NCBI RefSeq assembly: GCF_009834535.1
Contig: NC_045696.1
Coordinates: forward strand, 97,590,001-97,654,000
Source of the DNA: Camelus ferus
Lineage: Eukaryota
Length of the DNA: 64,000 bases
Reading direction: 5' to 3'
Part shown: piece by piece, positions 62,301-64,000 of the stretch
Layout of the letters: every line of letters starts with the position of its first letter
How positions within the stretch are numbered: the first letter of the stretch is position 1
Position numbers and translations under genes: made by a program
The notes under the pieces: generated by a model
Databases searched by the model: none
The model's input: the letters and a program-made list of their open reading frames with translations, nothing else
What the model was told of the DNA's origin: nothing

Positions 62301-63090
62301 TTAAATCAACTTTTCCGTAGGTGGACAGAGGAATTTAGAACGGTCTGACTCATCGCTCTCATTTTCAGGGAGGAAACTGAGGCCTGGAGACTGAGGCGCT
62401 CTCCCAAGGATGCACGGAACCGGCCGACTCAGGCGGCGCCCTGCTCCGCGTCTGTCCCTGTCCCAGGAGGTACGCACACTGAGGCAGTGAACCCTGCGGG
62501 CCCATGAAGTCCAGACAGCAAAGACGCGCGTGTTCAGCAGTTGCCAAGATCTCGGCATTTTCAGAAGCAGATCCTGGACATCAGCTCCCAGTGGATTTTC
62601 CCCTTTGACCCAGTGTCTGCAGTGCCTGCTGCCTGTTTGCACTGAACTCAGTTCATGGCCCGTTCTTGAGAATGAGCTTAACCTTGCCTGGCCGGGGAAA
62701 GCAATGGAGCTGTAGCGCGCGCGGGGCGGTCTGTGTGTGGACGCTTGGTGGGGGGTTGGAGTGGGTACCGGGCAGCAGAGCCTGGGGGGATGTAGGGTCA
62801 GGGGAGGTGCAGGCTTGGAGCCAGGTGTCCTAGGTTTAATGCCAGCGCTGCCACCGACTCACTGTGTGACTTTGGACGTCTTGCTCAACCTCTTCGCGCC
62901 TCAGTTGCCTCACTTCTCACTTATGGGTGATAATAATACATTACAACTCCCCCGGAGGCGAGGGTTGTGACTATTAAGTGGTTTTGATGCCCCCACGTCA
63001 AGACTGGCATGTGCATCAGAGCGCACACTCCACGCACGTGTCAGCTCTGAGCAGTTGGCAGGATGGGGGCAGATTGCTTAGGAATCTGGC

Positions 63091-63232
63091 TTTTCTTTTC
63101 TTCCCCTTCCTTCCTTCCTTCCTTCCTTCCTTCCTTCCTTCCTTCCTTCCTTCCTTCCTTCCTTCCTTCTTTTCTTCGTTTCTTTCTTTCTTTCTTCCTT
63201 CCTTTCCTTTCCCTTTCATTTCTTTCTTCTTT
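63091..63232. repeat. (TTCC)n / pyrimidine-rich microsatellite
   Basis: Perfect TTCC array ~63106-63170 within a longer pyrimidine tract. Confidence 0.92.
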
Positions 63233-64000
63233 TTACTGGTTTCTTCTTTTGTAATCCTGAGGTTGTCGAATTCTGCCTCTGCCTTCTGGCTTCTTCCACT
63301 CAGAATAAAATCATTAAATAGAAATAATTGGGAAATAAAAAGCACAGGAGTGAGCAACCAAGGGGACTGTGTGTGTGTGTGGTGAGGGTGCCTTTATATA
63401 AGCACTTTGAAAGACTGTATAAGAATACTGATTTTAGTTAGATGATCTGAGTTTCCCACATGCTTTTTATGAGGTCCCAAGGAATTTATTTATTTTTTCT
63501 AAGCCTCACTTTACTCTTATACAAAATGGGCTAATTATAGTTTCTTTATCATAGAGTTGTGTCCAATGAAAACAAATCTGGATTTAGAAAAGGAGAAACT
63601 TTATTCAAAAGGACTATTGCAACAGGAGAATTACCAGTCTCAGGAATCCGCTGGCATCTCAAAAACAAATGGAAAAGGCTTTTCTTTTACGGGAGGGGTC
63701 AGTAGTCCTTCACAGCAATGGACAGTTGGGAGAGCAACGGGGCATGATAGCCAGGGTCCGACAGGAACGGTCTCACTGTGGTCAGCCTATTCTATGATAA
63801 ACTGGTAAAGGGACACTTTAGTGAGGCAACTGAGGCACGAAGAGGTTCAGCAAGACATCCACGGTCGCAGAGTGAGTCGGTGGCAGTGCTGCTCCAGCAC
63901 CTGGTAGCTCATGCTCACTGTTGCCAATGAGACAGAGGTTCTGAGCTGAAGGAGTTCTCAGTCCAGAGGGAAAGAAGGAAGTGTCATGTGCTATAACTTG

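Noticed and set aside
62978..63385. 135-aa and 113-aa ORFs with repeated PSFL / RKEG
   Set aside because: Translations of the TTCC microsatellite.
57400..64000. Exons of a downstream neighbouring gene
   Set aside because: No recognisable coding exon on either strand; mostly MIR, L1, L2 and MER5 remnants.

Overview
Mammalian genomic DNA, most likely from a camelid, judging by about ten tRNA-derived Vic-1-type SINEs. It holds the 3' two-thirds of WWTR1 (TAZ, the Hippo-pathway co-activator) on the + strand. The window starts inside intron 2 and contains five coding exons with GT-AG boundaries and consistent phases: 5362-5498, 33294-33496, 47409-47542, 48968-49080 and 53859-54043. These encode the end of the WW domain, the Q-rich/coiled-coil region, the [12 protein letters not shown] phosphodegron and the C-terminal LTWL PDZ-binding motif. 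A ~3.3 kb 3'UTR with several AATAAA signals follows, then ~6.6 kb of intergenic DNA. The rest is typical eutherian repeat content: L1, L2, MIR, ERV1 and MaLR solo LTRs, Tigger/MER2/MER5/MER81 DNA-transposon fossils, a truncated U6 retrocopy and microsatellites. I found no convincing novel gene system; apart from those overlapping WWTR1 exons, the ORF-track entries look like noise. The best leads are non-coding: a candidate recursive-splice (AG|GTAAG) site with a poison exon in intron 3, a possible YAP1-like 4-codon extension of the coiled-coil exon, a perfect CTCF site, and TEAD/AP-1/CArG/ARE motif clusters that could be TAZ autoregulatory enhancers. Repeat family names come from recalled consensus sequences and their boundaries are approximate.
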